IMG/VR virus record: IMGVR_UViG_3300035208_002098
Span: 32,001 to 96,000 of that record
DNA length: 64,000 nt
From: a virus
Taxonomy: Duplodnaviria > Caudoviricetes
Direction: 5' to 3' (one strand)
The notes under the pieces are model-generated. The model searched no databases, was not told where the DNA came from, and saw nothing but the letters and a program-made list of their open reading frames with translations. The position numbers and the translations under genes are program-made. The stretch's first letter is position 1. The number at the start of each line of letters is the position of its first letter. Shown piece by piece: positions 22,746-34,366 of the stretch.

Positions 22746-23066
22746 TTAAAGAAGCCTCAGGGACCTGAACCAATTTAAGATTCGATTTTTTTCTCCTAAT
22801 GGATATGACCATTTGCCTGTGATTAGAAAGCAAAAAGGTATTCCAATAAGCATTAAAATCATCAATGAAATTGCAAATGGTAGCGTAAATCTCATCCACG
22901 TTTTAACAGGCGTTTTTTCATCGGTATAAAAATCAACACCTAATTCAATCCACCTATCACACATATCTTCACTTGATACTTTATTTAGTTCAGGGAAAAT
23001 TTCTCTGAATTTTGGGATGTAATTCGCATCGTTGTGAGACCAAGTTCTTTTTAATTTTCTGTACAT
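22746..23066 (-). CDS. Cassette-borne hypothetical membrane protein
   Basis: Bounded by attC-like site 23105-23205 and remnant 22733-22745. Confidence 0.6.
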   Translation of the reverse strand: MYRKLKRTWSHNDANYIPKFREIFPELNKVSSEDMCDRWIELGVDFYTDEKTPVKTWMRFTLPFAISLMILMLIGIPFCFLITGKWSYPLGEKNRILNWFRSLRLL

Positions 23067-23104
23067 TTTATTTAGTTTTTAAGTTTAAAATTCGATTGAT
23101 AAAA

Positions 23105-23205
23105 GGCAGCCGATAACACGTAATATAAAAAATTGGCTATCAGCGTTTGTGGTAACTTGAAAGCGACTACAAAGCCAACTTTTCATATTACCATCGTTAC
23201 CACCA
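23105..23205 (-). repeat. attC-like recombination site B
   Basis: TGGTGGTAAC...GTAATATGAAAAGTTGGC / GCCAATTTTTTATATTAC...GTTATCGGCTGCC, a long imperfect palindrome with TAAC/GTTA cores right after a stop codon. Confidence 0.7.
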
Positions 23206-23206
23206 A

Positions 23207-23434
23207 TTAAGAATTATCGCCACCATCTCCACCATCACATATTATTGATGTTGGATATAATTCATTTTCATACCAATTACCATTTATCCTTATATGCAAT
23301 CTACCATTTGCGAATAATTCAACTCTACCTGAATCCATTCTTTCTATACGCTCAATTGCACGTATGTATTTTTCTTCATTTTCTGTTAATTCAAATTCTC
23401 TACCTTTCGTGTCTTTTACTGTTCTACAATTCAT
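23207..23434 (-). CDS. Cassette-borne hypothetical protein
   Basis: Lies between two attC-like sites. Start MNCRTV. Confidence 0.65.
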   Translation of the reverse strand: MNCRTVKDTKGREFELTENEEKYIRAIERIERMDSGRVELFANGRLHIRINGNWYENELYPTSIICDGGDGGDNS

Positions 23435-23449
23435 AATTTTAAAAATAAC

Positions 23450-23544
23450 TGGTGGTAACAAATGCTAAAAAACATAGCCATAAAGCTCCTACCTATTATG
23501 AAACGTAATTAATTGGCTACGTTTCTTAGCCTGTTACCGTTAGG
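23450..23544 (-). repeat. attC-like recombination site A
   Basis: CCTAACGGTAAC-AG-GCTAAGAAACGTAGCCA...TGGCTATGTTTTTTAGC...GTTACCACCA. Confidence 0.7.
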
Positions 23545-23545
23545 T

Positions 23546-23779
23546 TTAATTTACAGTCAGACCTATGTCAAATTCTTTTATCTCCTTATCCAACCATTCT
23601 TTAACCATATTATAAAATTCTTCTTGCTCTGGAATACTTTCAACATTTCCAATATTACGTGTGTTAATGTTCATTCCACGAAGTTTTCTTGTTTCTAAAT
23701 AAAGATAATATTCTGAATAATTTTTTAATTGTTTCGTTTTTCATACTAGCTTTGTTAATATCTAAAAATGATTTCCCAT
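23546..23779 (-). pseudogene. Disrupted small ORF upstream of attC A
   Basis: ATG after the promoter at 23803, then TAG and TGA within 13 codons, then about 64 open codons. Compensating A-tract indels would restore MGKSFLDINKASMKTKQL. Confidence 0.35.
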
Positions 23780-23956
23780 AATAATTAATTAAAGTATTGG
23801 AACAAAGATACTACTATTTTTTGACATATGCAATTTTTTAGATATTTATTATTGAAAAAAATATATTTTATTGTTATGGATGATTATCATTCGAAATATT
23901 AGACCTAAATAGAGTTAAATACATCAACTCTATGACTTAATTAATGGAGGAAATGT

Positions 23957-24883
23957 ATGAAAACATTTTTAAAAAATAGTGTTGGTTTAAGCACTATAAA
24001 CAAATGGGAACCAAATTGTTGGGTAAATGTAGAATCACCTACAGAATCTGATAAAAAATATCTATTAAATGAATTAGAAATACCTGAAGATTTTTATAGT
24101 GATATAGAAGATATTGATGAAAAACCACGTATTGAAATTGAAGATGGGTGGACTCTTATCATTATTAGAATACCAATTAAAAATGCTGATGAAAAAACTT
24201 CATACTCAACAGTACCATTCGGTATTATATTTAAAGATGATGTTTTTATATCTGTGTGTGTTAATAAAACAGAAATGGTATCTGATTTGATTACACACCT
24301 TAAAAAGAAAAAAACATTTATTGAAGACCGTTACGAATTTGGGTTTAAATTATTATTATCTGCTAGTGTATGGTATCTTAAATATCTTAAATTAATAAAC
24401 CAAGATATTAAATCAGCTGAAGAAAAATTAGAAAAATCAATTGCAAATAAAGATTTACAAGGGTTATTACAAATTCAAAAATGTTTAGTATATTTTACAA
24501 CCGCATTAAAAGGTAATGACTTATTAGTGCATAGGCTTAAAAATTCTAAACTACGTAGAGACTTTGTTGATATTGAATTAATTGAAGATGTTGATATTGA
24601 ACTTAGACAAGCTTTAGAGACTACAAATATCTACACTAACATTTTAACCGGTATGATAAATACATACGGGTCAGTTATTTCAAATAACCTTAACGTTATA
24701 ATGAAACAATTAACATCAGTATCAATTATATTAATGATACCAACATTAGTTGCTAGTTTATTTGGAATGAATGTTCCTAATGGCCTTGAACAAAACCAAC
24801 TAGGGTTTGTTATAGCTATTACTATTTCATTTATATTATCTGGATTAGGGGCTCTTATATTTTTTAAGAGGAAATGGTTTTAA
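23957..24883 (+). CDS. corA: CorA-family Mg2+/Co2+ transporter
   Basis: CWVNVESP, IDEKPRIE, ISNNLNVIMKQLT, FGMNV signature, two C-terminal TM helices. Confidence 0.92.
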   Translation: MKTFLKNSVGLSTINKWEPNCWVNVESPTESDKKYLLNELEIPEDFYSDIEDIDEKPRIEIEDGWTLIIIRIPIKNADEKTSYSTVPFGIIFKDDVFISVCVNKTEMVSDLITHLKKKKTFIEDRYEFGFKLLLSASVWYLKYLKLINQDIKSAEEKLEKSIANKDLQGLLQIQKCLVYFTTALKGNDLLVHRLKNSKLRRDFVDIELIEDVDIELRQALETTNIYTNILTGMINTYGSVISNNLNVIMKQLTSVSIILMIPTLVASLFGMNVPNGLEQNQLGFVIAITISFILSGLGALIFFKRKWF

Positions 24884-24894
24884 TTAAATAATTA

Positions 24895-25085
24895 ATTTCA
24901 CTGTACCAGTATCGTCATATCTCAAGGTCGGCTCTGCTATTACACCCATAGATGTGCTTCTTTGCCTATGACGTATCCTGATATACTGTACGCATACAGT
25001 ATAGGTAGTTTTTGTCACGGTACTACCAACCACTTCACCCGAATTTACGGGTCTGTGTAGTCTCACTTATTTCAGAGGATAATAT
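24895..25085 (-). ncRNA. Unassigned structured element between convergent genes
   Basis: GC-enriched, with hairpins ACCCG/CGGGT, GGTAGT/ACTACC, TATACTGTA/TACAGTATA and CGTCATA/TATGACG. Confidence 0.45.
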
Positions 25086-25088
25086 ACC

Positions 25089-25505
25089 TCACCTACCGTT
25101 ATCTTTTATTAAATCATTACATTCTTCAATCCATTTAGATTGGTCCAATGAAAAATTAAATAACCAAACACAACCGACATTTTTAGTGTTGTCTTTGATA
25201 TGTTTTATCTGTTCGAAATTATCATCAAGATGAAATATAAAATCATCGTGTTGTGAGAAATATTCACCTTTATCTACTAAACCAGTAAATACTATATGCT
25301 CTCTGCTAATACCTATATTATCGGCAATACAATATAATTCATCATTATTATATTCATGACCATATAATGGGTCTTTACTAGGATTTTCAAAACGTAGTGT
25401 AACAATCCATACTTCAAATCCTTTGTCAACTAATTCTTTAGCATATGCTTGTACTGATGGTCTACTTAATGTGGCATCAAAATCAAATGATACTTTTTTA
25501 TTCAT
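25089..25505 (-). CDS. HAD-superfamily hydrolase
   Basis: SFDFDATL, IVT, K, HLDD motifs. Confidence 0.75.
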   Translation of the reverse strand: MNKKVSFDFDATLSRPSVQAYAKELVDKGFEVWIVTLRFENPSKDPLYGHEYNNDELYCIADNIGISREHIVFTGLVDKGEYFSQHDDFIFHLDDNFEQIKHIKDNTKNVGCVWLFNFSLDQSKWIEECNDLIKDNGR

Positions 25506-25687
25506 ATTTATTTTATCTTTTTTAAATAATCAGCGTAATGCCGTAGCTTTCTTACAATCAACTGTTTTATCAGATTGAGATATGTGATGGTCACATTTAC
25601 CACAACCCTTACTTCCTATCATATTTTCTGTAAATGGACACTGCAACATGCATACATCACCACAAACAATATATTCTAATCTCATAA

Positions 25688-27551
25688 TTACTTATCAATT
25701 TTAGATAATATATCGATACAACGTTTAACATTTTGAATCTCTTTTTGAATAAATTCACTACAAATATCAACATCAGGTGATTCAAGCATAGCACATAGGT
25801 TTTTCATTGGTGATAACTTATTTCTTATATCAGCACCAAGATTTTCTTTCGTTTCTTGAACCATTCTACTAGCAAAATCACTTAAAGCATATATAGCCTC
25901 TGGTTTTGTAGCAACTATATGGTCACCACCCTTTTGTTTATTTTTTAAATATTGTTCAGCTTGTGTATCAAAATCTTTCATATTATTCTTCGGGTAAAGT
26001 ATTTATAACACCACAAGGACACGTCATAGTTGTAACACCACCACCGAATGAACCACCAAAGGTATATTGGCCGGTATCTCTACAATTAGAACATTTATAT
26101 TTAGGTAATTCTATTTGTGTTTTCACAATAAATGGGCACCATTCAGGTATAGGGATTTTCTTTTCCTCATGCCATTCAACATAGCTTTGGATTTCTTTTT
26201 CACCACCATTTGCTAAACAAAACCAATCATAGTTAGGTGCTTCAAAAGAATCTGGACTAACATATTTCCCACGTCTTTCTTCAAAATGTGGGCATTTTTT
26301 ACAACTTTTGATATCTAATGTTATTTTTACCATATTATTATATTTTATTTATTACAATTACTGTACCTTGGCCATTCATTATATTAAAAAAATAATCATG
26401 AATTAAATGTAATTCAGCAGTGAATTGATTTCCAACGGTTTCATACTCTTCTTCTGTTGCTTCACGACCATATTTTTTAGCGTATTCAAAAAAGAAGAAA
26501 TATAAATCTTCATTAGGAAATCTGCCTTTACCGTATTCACGTTCACTATATTCTTTAGAATCATACTTACTAATAACCCTTTCAAGTATTCTAGTAAATT
26601 TCTCACATGTATCATATTTCATATGAAATCTATCTATTTGAGATTGCTCCATAGCTTCTTGTTTCGCTATATTGTCAAAATAATCGTGAACAGATTTTTT
26701 ACCTTCTTCTGATTCAAGAGATTCCCTTAATTTTAAAAACCAATCACTTTCCATACATTTATCTATTACGATATTTCAATTTCATTGCCTGTTCGAGGAT
26801 GCACACGGATATAATCTGAATGTTCCGGTTCCTCACCATGAGTTATTTTGTTGATATTTAAACGACCATCAACACTTTCACTTAATCGATAACTATCTTT
26901 ACCAATATAAACAATTAAAGTCTTAACTTCTTGTTTTTGAGTTTCTCTTGCTGTTCTAAATTCCATTTTATTATGTATTAATATAAATTTTCTGATATAA
27001 GTTCTGAATCTTCACCATTATCTGATGCCTTTAACCCAAATTTAATTTGGTTATTAGCTAAGGCTATCTTCCAAGCCTCTTTCCTATCCACAAATCGATT
27101 TAAAGATGTCATAAAGCCTTGTTTTTCTCTACCGGGTGTAAGTGTTTCATCAATACCCAATAACCCTTCTAAAAGTCTATTACAATCCCCATGACGATAA
27201 CCACAAACTATATGACCATTATAGTCAGCTGCAGCACATAATATAAATTCGTTTTTATCCATTGTATATAATTTTATTCAGCAAATATACAACATTATTT
27301 TTACATATGCAAATATTTTAATCAAATCTTTTACTATCTTCAATTGAATCTCCACAAGTCCTACAACAATTATAATCTATTTGTGTAAATTGATTATAAA
27401 CTAGGTGACAATTATCACAATATAATTCATCACATCGTTCACATCTATATAATTCATCACTTTTATTACCACAAACTGAACATCTATCAAAAAATGTTAA
27501 ATCTTCATATGGTTCATAAGTAATTTTATTTAAATTATTGAAGAACGACAT
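25688..27551 (-). other. Hypothetical ORFs (25688-25981, 25983-26333, 26338-26754, 26766-26966, 26978-27262, 27318-27551), two of them Cys-rich
   Basis: Co-oriented ORFs. Confidence 0.6.
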
Positions 27552-27563
27552 TATACATAATTA

Positions 27564-27953
27564 TTAACGTTTATGTTTAACATCACCACTCATAGTTGAA
27601 ACAGAGCCACCGATATTACCACAATCAACATCACCACTCATTGTTTTAACATCACCAGTAACATAACCATGTATCTCAACATCACCACTCATAGTTTTAA
27701 CTTTAGTTGCATTACCTGATACAGTTACCTTATCACAAGCATCAACGTTTAAGTTATCAACATTACCTTCAACTGAAATTGTTATGTTTTTTGATTCTGG
27801 GGTAACATCTTTACCATCAATAATTACTTTACCATTTGTAATGGTAATACTATTACCAACATAACTGTTATTATTTATTCTAATTGTACCCATACTTATA
27901 TTAGTTTTAATTGAATTACCCCAAAAATTTTTAAAAAAATTATTTAGACCCAT
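27564..27953 (-). CDS. Beta-strand repeat protein (DUF4097/adhesin-like)
   Basis: Three V(K/S)TMSGDV repeats. Confidence 0.65.
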   Translation of the reverse strand: MGLNNFFKNFWGNSIKTNISMGTIRINNNSYVGNSITITNGKVIIDGKDVTPESKNITISVEGNVDNLNVDACDKVTVSGNATKVKTMSGDVEIHGYVTGDVKTMSGDVDCGNIGGSVSTMSGDVKHKR

Positions 27954-27954
27954 A

Positions 27955-28995
27955 TTAATATTTAAATGATTGTCCTTCAGTTATTTTTATAAGTGTTTCA
28001 TATATAGCATTTACTGTCGCTGTAATATCATCTTTATGAACGGTTTCAACTGTTGTATGCATATAAGCTAACGGTAGTGAGAATAGTACTGATGGACAAC
28101 CTTGTGGGTAAGCATAGCTATCAGTGTTTGTTCCGGTACCACCAGAACTTGCCATCATTCTAAATTTGATTTCTTTTTCTTTAAGTGTTTCTTTTACAAA
28201 ACGTAAAAGTTTATTATTAACAGCTGGTGCTACACTCAATACTGTACCTTCACCACCTTTGAATTGTTTCGTTTTATATGCCGGTGAAGAATCTTCGTGA
28301 CACACATCTATAATAAATGCTACATTTGGTTTCATATTATTTGAAATCATCGCAGCACCCTTTAGACCAATTTCTTCTTGTACTGTATTAGCAACAATTA
28401 ATTTAAATGGTAAATTAAAATTATTATCTTTAAGTTTTTTCAAGACTTGGATATTAATATACCCACCAATTTTATCATCTAATGCTCTACCAGCAATGAA
28501 ATTTTTTCCAAGTTCCATGTAGCCATCAACATACGTTACTACCGTACCAACTTCAATGCCCATTTCTTCAACTTCTTTATCAGTCCTCGCACCTATATCA
28601 ATGAATAGGTCTTTAAGTTCAACCTTCTCAGGTCTTTCTTTAACATGTATTGCTGGGTGACCAAACACACCAACCACTTTACCATTATTACCCCAAAGAT
28701 TAACTCTTGATGATGGTGCCGTTTGATGGTCTGTACCACCATTACGAACAACTCGTAAGTACCCAGTTTTTTCAATGCTTGATACTAACCAAGATATTTC
28801 ATCAGCGTGAGCATCTAATAAAACACTATATTCTGATGTAATATTACCAGCAAGAGCGTATGCCGTGCCGTAATTATCTGAATCAACATGTGATGCGTAT
28901 TTCGCAGCTTCTTTCATCCATACTTTTTGACCACCTAATTCCATTTCAAATCCAACTGGTGATGGGGTGTTAAGATATTCTTCTAAAAATGTCAT
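27955..28995 (-). CDS. M42-family aminopeptidase
   Basis: PSPVGFE, DAHADEI, ALDDKIG, VQEEIG, IDV, YMHTTVE. Confidence 0.92.
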   Translation of the reverse strand: MTFLEEYLNTPSPVGFEMELGGQKVWMKEAAKYASHVDSDNYGTAYALAGNITSEYSVLLDAHADEISWLVSSIEKTGYLRVVRNGGTDHQTAPSSRVNLWGNNGKVVGVFGHPAIHVKERPEKVELKDLFIDIGARTDKEVEEMGIEVGTVVTYVDGYMELGKNFIAGRALDDKIGGYINIQVLKKLKDNNFNLPFKLIVANTVQEEIGLKGAAMISNNMKPNVAFIIDVCHEDSSPAYKTKQFKGGEGTVLSVAPAVNNKLLRFVKETLKEKEIKFRMMASSGGTGTNTDSYAYPQGCPSVLFSLPLAYMHTTVETVHKDDITATVNAIYETLIKITEGQSFKY

Positions 28996-28997
28996 AT

Positions 28998-30294
28998 TTA
29001 TTGTTTAATAAAGGTTACTAAATCTTCTAATTTGTCTACATTATCACGGCTAATGATAAATTCTTCAAAACAACCGTATCTACATTTATACCCAAAAATA
29101 TATTTTATGGCATATATTAATCGTTTAAAAAAACTCAATTTTGATAAATGTATTTGTACATAAGCCTCTCGGCCTATAACTTCATCAATATCTTTGATGA
29201 TTATTATTTGATGCTCTGTTGAAGAACAATCACATAAAACTACTTCAGGTTCAAATGGTAATTTCATATTTATAAATTACTTTTCCAATTATTACCATAT
29301 TTTCCAACTAACCAACCGTAATATACTGCAGCGAATATAGCTTCTTCTACTTCACTAGCAAAAATACCCGGTTTTTTATCGTTATCAGCTTCAGCAATAT
29401 CGATTAAAAATTCTGAATTTTTAATCGCTGACTCATACATAATTTTAACTTTTGCATTCATATTATTGTATTTCAGTTTGTATAACGTAATTAAATATAT
29501 CTCGTAATTTAATCATAGAAGGGGATAAATCGTCTCTTCTATCATAAGCAATATATATCGTTTTTTCTCTAGGTTTAACCCTATGACCCTCTTCCCTAAC
29601 TTTGGCATGTAGTCTATATCGATATTTTTTAAAAATAACTGCGTTATTTTTTGTCATAACATTACCTAAATTGTGTGTAAAATAATATAACATATTAAAA
29701 AAGTTTAAATTTACGTTTTTTCTTTACTTGTTCTGAATACCAAACTTTAGTTTGCTTAGTATCCTTATGTCTAAATTTTTCACCATAGTCAGCTATTATC
29801 CATAATTTAAGTACTGTGATGGATTCTTCCTCAGTTTTAAAATATTTAATAGCACAATCATTATAATCAGTTAATCTATAAAATGGTAATCCTCGATGTT
29901 TAACAGCCCATAATTCCATTTCTGTTGGATTTGAACTTAGCTCATCAATTCTAACTATACTATAACGTTTTCTAACCTTCTTTAATAATTTAGCCTTCAT
30001 TTATTTAGATTCAATAAATGTTACGGTTCCTTCCATCATACCAAAAGTACTTGATTCCTGAAATGTATATCTTTTTGGTTTAAAGTTAGAATCACCTTGT
30101 TCTGTAAGGTACCACAAATCTGAATTTTTCCATGTTGCATTTACTAACTTTTGATTTGGTTGTAAATTAATAGTCATGTTACCACCAAATGATTTTGCAC
30201 GAGTTTGTTCCGTACACGATGTAAACCAAATAACTGCGAATACTGATACTGCTAATAAAATTCTTTTCATTTTTTTAATTTTTAATTTTAACAA
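28998..30294 (-). other. Hypothetical ORFs (28998-29267, 29270-29461, 29463-29693, 29695-30000) and a lipoprotein (30001-~30270)
   Basis: Abutting ORFs. FTSC lipobox in the last. Confidence 0.6.
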
Positions 30295-30330
30295 AGATAT
30301 AATTTAATTTTAATATAAACAAGTATTTGT

Positions 30331-31203
30331 TTATTTTTTTTCTGTAATATATTCATCCATTAGAAATGCCCCACATGAAGACCCAATATCTAGTCCCGGA
30401 GGGGTGTATATTTCATATTCAACACAAGATACATCAAATTTCTTCATAAAATATTCAACACTAGTTGATGCTTTATAGTTATTACTATCCTTTTCGTTAT
30501 AGTGTAAAAATTTAACATTAAAATTCGTGCACTCAAATAATACACCCAGAAGATATGCGTTTATTTGTTTATCATTAATATCCTTAATAAGAGCGTAATG
30601 TATTTCTACATCATTACCGGTATATGAATAAAAGAATTTAAGAGCTTCAATTGATGGGTCAATATTTAAAACTGCTGGCATCCATTCTCTTCTAGTTATA
30701 TCATCAGTATAATGAAGTGAAAAATGAAGTTTAACTTCCAAATTACGTTCTTTAACTAAGAAAACAAAGTTAAAAAAATCTCTAATATTTTTTTCCGGTA
30801 TACACGTAGCAACACCAAATTTAACAACACCATCTGTTGTATCTCTAATAAAACGCATTGATTCAATAACATTTTCAACATTAGCCATTGGTTCACCAAC
30901 ACCCATATATGATATTAATAACGGTATATTATTATCTTTTAAATTCAAATTACTATATATGAATTTAATCCCGTCTGATATTTCAAGTGCCGATAAATTT
31001 CGTACCTTTATTTTACCAATAAAATCTGTTGTATGGCAAAATTTGCAACCTAAGTTACACATTGTTTGACACGGCACACAAATAATATCTTTACCATCAT
31101 TTTTATTTATGTATGTGAATTCAACTACACGATTATCGTCTGTTAAAAAAACGTATTTTATCGCATTATCCGTTTGTGATTCTACTTTTTTACTTAATTC
31201 CAT
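30331..31203 (-). CDS. RlmN/Cfr-like radical-SAM RNA methyltransferase
   Basis: CVPCQTMCNLGCKFC, MGVGEP, SLH, DIGSSCG (both mechanistic Cys positions present). Confidence 0.8.
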   Translation of the reverse strand: MELSKKVESQTDNAIKYVFLTDDNRVVEFTYINKNDGKDIICVPCQTMCNLGCKFCHTTDFIGKIKVRNLSALEISDGIKFIYSNLNLKDNNIPLLISYMGVGEPMANVENVIESMRFIRDTTDGVVKFGVATCIPEKNIRDFFNFVFLVKERNLEVKLHFSLHYTDDITRREWMPAVLNIDPSIEALKFFYSYTGNDVEIHYALIKDINDKQINAYLLGVLFECTNFNVKFLHYNEKDSNNYKASTSVEYFMKKFDVSCVEYEIYTPPGLDIGSSCGAFLMDEYITEKK

Positions 31204-31204
31204 A

Positions 31205-31762
31205 TTATTTTTCTTTACTTAGTTCAAATAATTTATTTTGTAATATTTTTTTACCTCTATGATATTGAGATTTTGATGTAGATACTGTGATACCTAAAAT
31301 TTCAGCTATTTCTTTATGTTTATAACCTTCGATAGCATATAAATTAAATATTGTTTTAGTACCTTGTGGTAATACTTTTAATGTACTTAATAGTTCCTCT
31401 AAAGTAAAATCAGACTCTTTAATATCAATATCTTTAATCGTTGATTCATTAATTTCAGTAATATCTTCTTGATTATAATGTTTTAGCTGGAGATTATAAT
31501 TTGTTATTGCTGTATTAACAATAATTCTTTTAACCCATCCATCAAAAGAATTACCTTTATTGAATTGTCTTAAATTTGAAAATATTTTAATAAACCCATC
31601 TTGAAGTATATCATTAGCTTCATCAGAATCTTTGGCATATCTAAGACAAATAGAATATAATTTACTACTATATAAATCATATATCTTCTTCTGCGATATT
31701 CTATCATTATTAATAGAGCCAGATATTAAATCATTTAATTCAACCATATTATTTATTCTCAA
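31205..31762 (-). CDS. ECF-type sigma-70 factor
   Basis: ICLRYA..EANDILQDGFIKIF, GWVKRI, FNLYAIEGYKHKEIAEILGI..STSKSQYHR. Confidence 0.92.
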   Translation of the reverse strand: MRINNMVELNDLISGSINNDRISQKKIYDLYSSKLYSICLRYAKDSDEANDILQDGFIKIFSNLRQFNKGNSFDGWVKRIIVNTAITNYNLQLKHYNQEDITEINESTIKDIDIKESDFTLEELLSTLKVLPQGTKTIFNLYAIEGYKHKEIAEILGITVSTSKSQYHRGKKILQNKLFELSKEK

Positions 31763-33389
31763 TTATAGTATAATTTTCTGATATATTATCATCTAGTTTT
31801 TTAATACAATCCAATAGCAAATATAGATATTCGAAACTAGAATAATCTAATTCACTTACATTTTCTAGTTGAAACTCAAGAGCTTCTACTACAATACCAT
31901 TACCAGTATCAATGGCAGTAATTAATTTGGTATTACGAAAATGTTGAGCCCAAATATCTGATTTACTTGATTTAAGAGTATACTTAGTTTGTTTAGTCTC
32001 ATTAATTTCTTTTACTATTAGTGTATACGCATGAACACCGGCTGTATCTCTTATATGATATTTACGTTTCATTTGATTCAATATTTAAAATTTTATAAAT
32101 TTCTTTAGTTACTTCTTGATATGTATTATATTTTTTAATTAATAAACCCTCAAATAAGGTATACCAAGGTGAAACATTTTCACCAGTTGGATTATCACCA
32201 TTCATTTCTGGTATTACCTCAAAATATGGGCTATCGTATAGTTTAACTATATTGATGGCCTTTTCTTCCATGTTATCCTCACAAATAAAAATACCCCACA
32301 TTAAATCAGCATAACAATTGGGGTATGGTTGATGGTTTGGCACAAATTTAATTGTTTTAACTAAATTTATTTCTTTAACTTTGAACATTGCGTGTTCACC
32401 AGATAAATCACCAAAAGCTTTTTTACTTCTCTCACACTTTAAAACTTCATATAAAACCTTCGTATCATCAGTCAATAAATGGTCCCCATTCATTATATCA
32501 AAAATATATGGGTTATCATCTATATGGCCGGTAATAAGTATACCGTCAGATGTCGTATGGATAGTGTAATTTTTTATACGGTAGGTTTGCTTCATAATGA
32601 ATTTATATCATCAATAATCGAATTTATTTGTTCAAAACTAATAACATCACCAGTAATTAATGTGTATTTTAAAGATATTTCAATCGTATCAAGCCCATCA
32701 ATATAACTATTATAAATTAGTTTATTGATATGAGTTTCAATCATAAATGCTGGTACAATAATTTCATTTCTTTTCATTTAACAAAGATAAATAAAATATC
32801 TGACAAATGCAACTAAATACTATCTAAATATTTACAAATAGCATTATAAATTACATCAATTTGAGATTCATTCTCACCACTTTTATAAAATAAATTTCGA
32901 ACTTCATTGTCTTTATAGTACCATATCTCACATATAAACCCAAACCGAGTCATATTTAAGCTAAAACCAGATATTTCTTTACTGGAAATAAAATTTAACA
33001 CTTCCATGCACCAAATTAAGTTTTTGTGGAACTCTAATTCCCGGCAAGTTAATTGCCCGTTAAATAATTCTCTAAATGGATTTTCTTTATCATGGAATAC
33101 CCAACGATATGAATTTATCGTTTTACATGGTTCAATTACAGCACCAACAAATTTGGCTATCCTTTCATTATATTTTTTCTTATCTATTTTCATTTTCACA
33201 TATTTTTGTTATTAAAAAATCACGGTACTTTTTATTGTTAGTACCTAAGTAATACCAAAGTTTTTGTCCGTTATCTAATAATTCACAATTAAGACGGCAC
33301 AAAACTTTAATTTTTTTCTTAAGTTTTCTAGGTATTTTAGAATTACTAGGGAAAAATGGTGATATTATTTTTGGTGCTATAAAACTCAT
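31749..33389 (-). other. Hypothetical ORFs (31749-32081, 32062-32595, 32592-32777, 32813-33199, 33180-33389)
   Basis: Overlapping co-oriented ORFs. Confidence 0.55.
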
Positions 33390-33896
33390 TTAATTAAACA
33401 TTTTAGTTAACATAGTTTCGAATTCTTCTAATGTATTTGGTAACATATTATATGTTTGTCTAGCATTATCACGATACCTAGATTTATAGATTGGTTGGTG
33501 TAGACGTTGGTCATAATTACTTACTTCATTATTTAAATAGTAATATAATTGTTTAGCGTATCTATCAGCTATTATTTCCTCATTTATAACATATTCGAAG
33601 AATACTTCAAAATCACCTTTCGAAAGTTTAACCAATTCCTCATCTATATTATATTTACGATTACGTTTGTTATGAGCTATTTCATGTAATATAATAAAAT
33701 AAAATTGTTTAGATGTTACATTTGATGTAATTCTTGAATCAATATATATTTTATTATTAAATGCCATACCAGCAGCTCTAAACGGGAAATTTTTTACTTG
33801 GATATTATATTCACTCATAATCTTTTCCAAACCAGCCCAATTTAAATTGTTTGGTACTTCATTATAATAATTAATGATATCTTTAATTGTTCCCAT
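33390..33896 (-). CDS. HExxH metallopeptidase-like (ImmA/IrrE-like)
   Basis: FIILHEIAH...EEIIADRYA. Confidence 0.65.
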   Translation of the reverse strand: MGTIKDIINYYNEVPNNLNWAGLEKIMSEYNIQVKNFPFRAAGMAFNNKIYIDSRITSNVTSKQFYFIILHEIAHNKRNRKYNIDEELVKLSKGDFEVFFEYVINEEIIADRYAKQLYYYLNNEVSNYDQRLHQPIYKSRYRDNARQTYNMLPNTLEEFETMLTKMFN

Positions 33897-33997
33897 ATTA
33901 AATAATTTTAATTAGAATACAAAGATACATAATAAAAGTGAGATAACCAAACTTTTAGACAAAAAAAAATGTAATATTTTCATATCACATTTAAATT

Positions 33998-34324
33998 TTA
34001 TTCTTCAGCTCTTTTACCTAGGTTTTTCCTAATAACTGATGAAGTATCCATCATTATTTGAGCTATTTTAATTAATTCTTCTTCATTGAATTCATATTTG
34101 GTGCCTTGATATTCTTCTCGATTTAATTTCTTTCTGAACAATGACCTTTGTGATGCATCATCTTTTTTACCTTTACCCCAAAGCTTATCAATAATTTCTG
34201 AATGATTAAATATATTATCACCTAATAATCTTTGAATTCTATCATATTGTGCCTTTACTTTTGATGAACTTTGTTCTTCATCCCCAGCAGCTTCTCTTAA
34301 TAATTTTCTAGTATCTGTTTTCAT
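33998..34324 (-). CDS. Hypothetical, possible virion-internal protein
   Basis: N-terminal RKLLREA; ATATTTAT motif at 34340-34347. Confidence 0.5.
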   Translation of the reverse strand: MKTDTRKLLREAAGDEEQSSSKVKAQYDRIQRLLGDNIFNHSEIIDKLWGKGKKDDASQRSLFRKKLNREEYQGTKYEFNEEELIKIAQIMMDTSSVIRKNLGKRAEE

Positions 34325-34366
34325 AGTATTCGTTTTACTATAAATATTACGTTTTTATTTAAAATA

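Noticed and set aside
23741-23779. A fourth amber gate (ATG GGA AAT CAT TTT TAG ATA)
   Set aside because: An in-frame TGA follows 7 codons later, so compensating homopolymer indels explain it better
26740-26754. Self-target of the TnpB guide (ATGGAAAG also starts ORFs at 26754 and 43475)
   Set aside because: Only 8 contiguous matches, which is expected by chance
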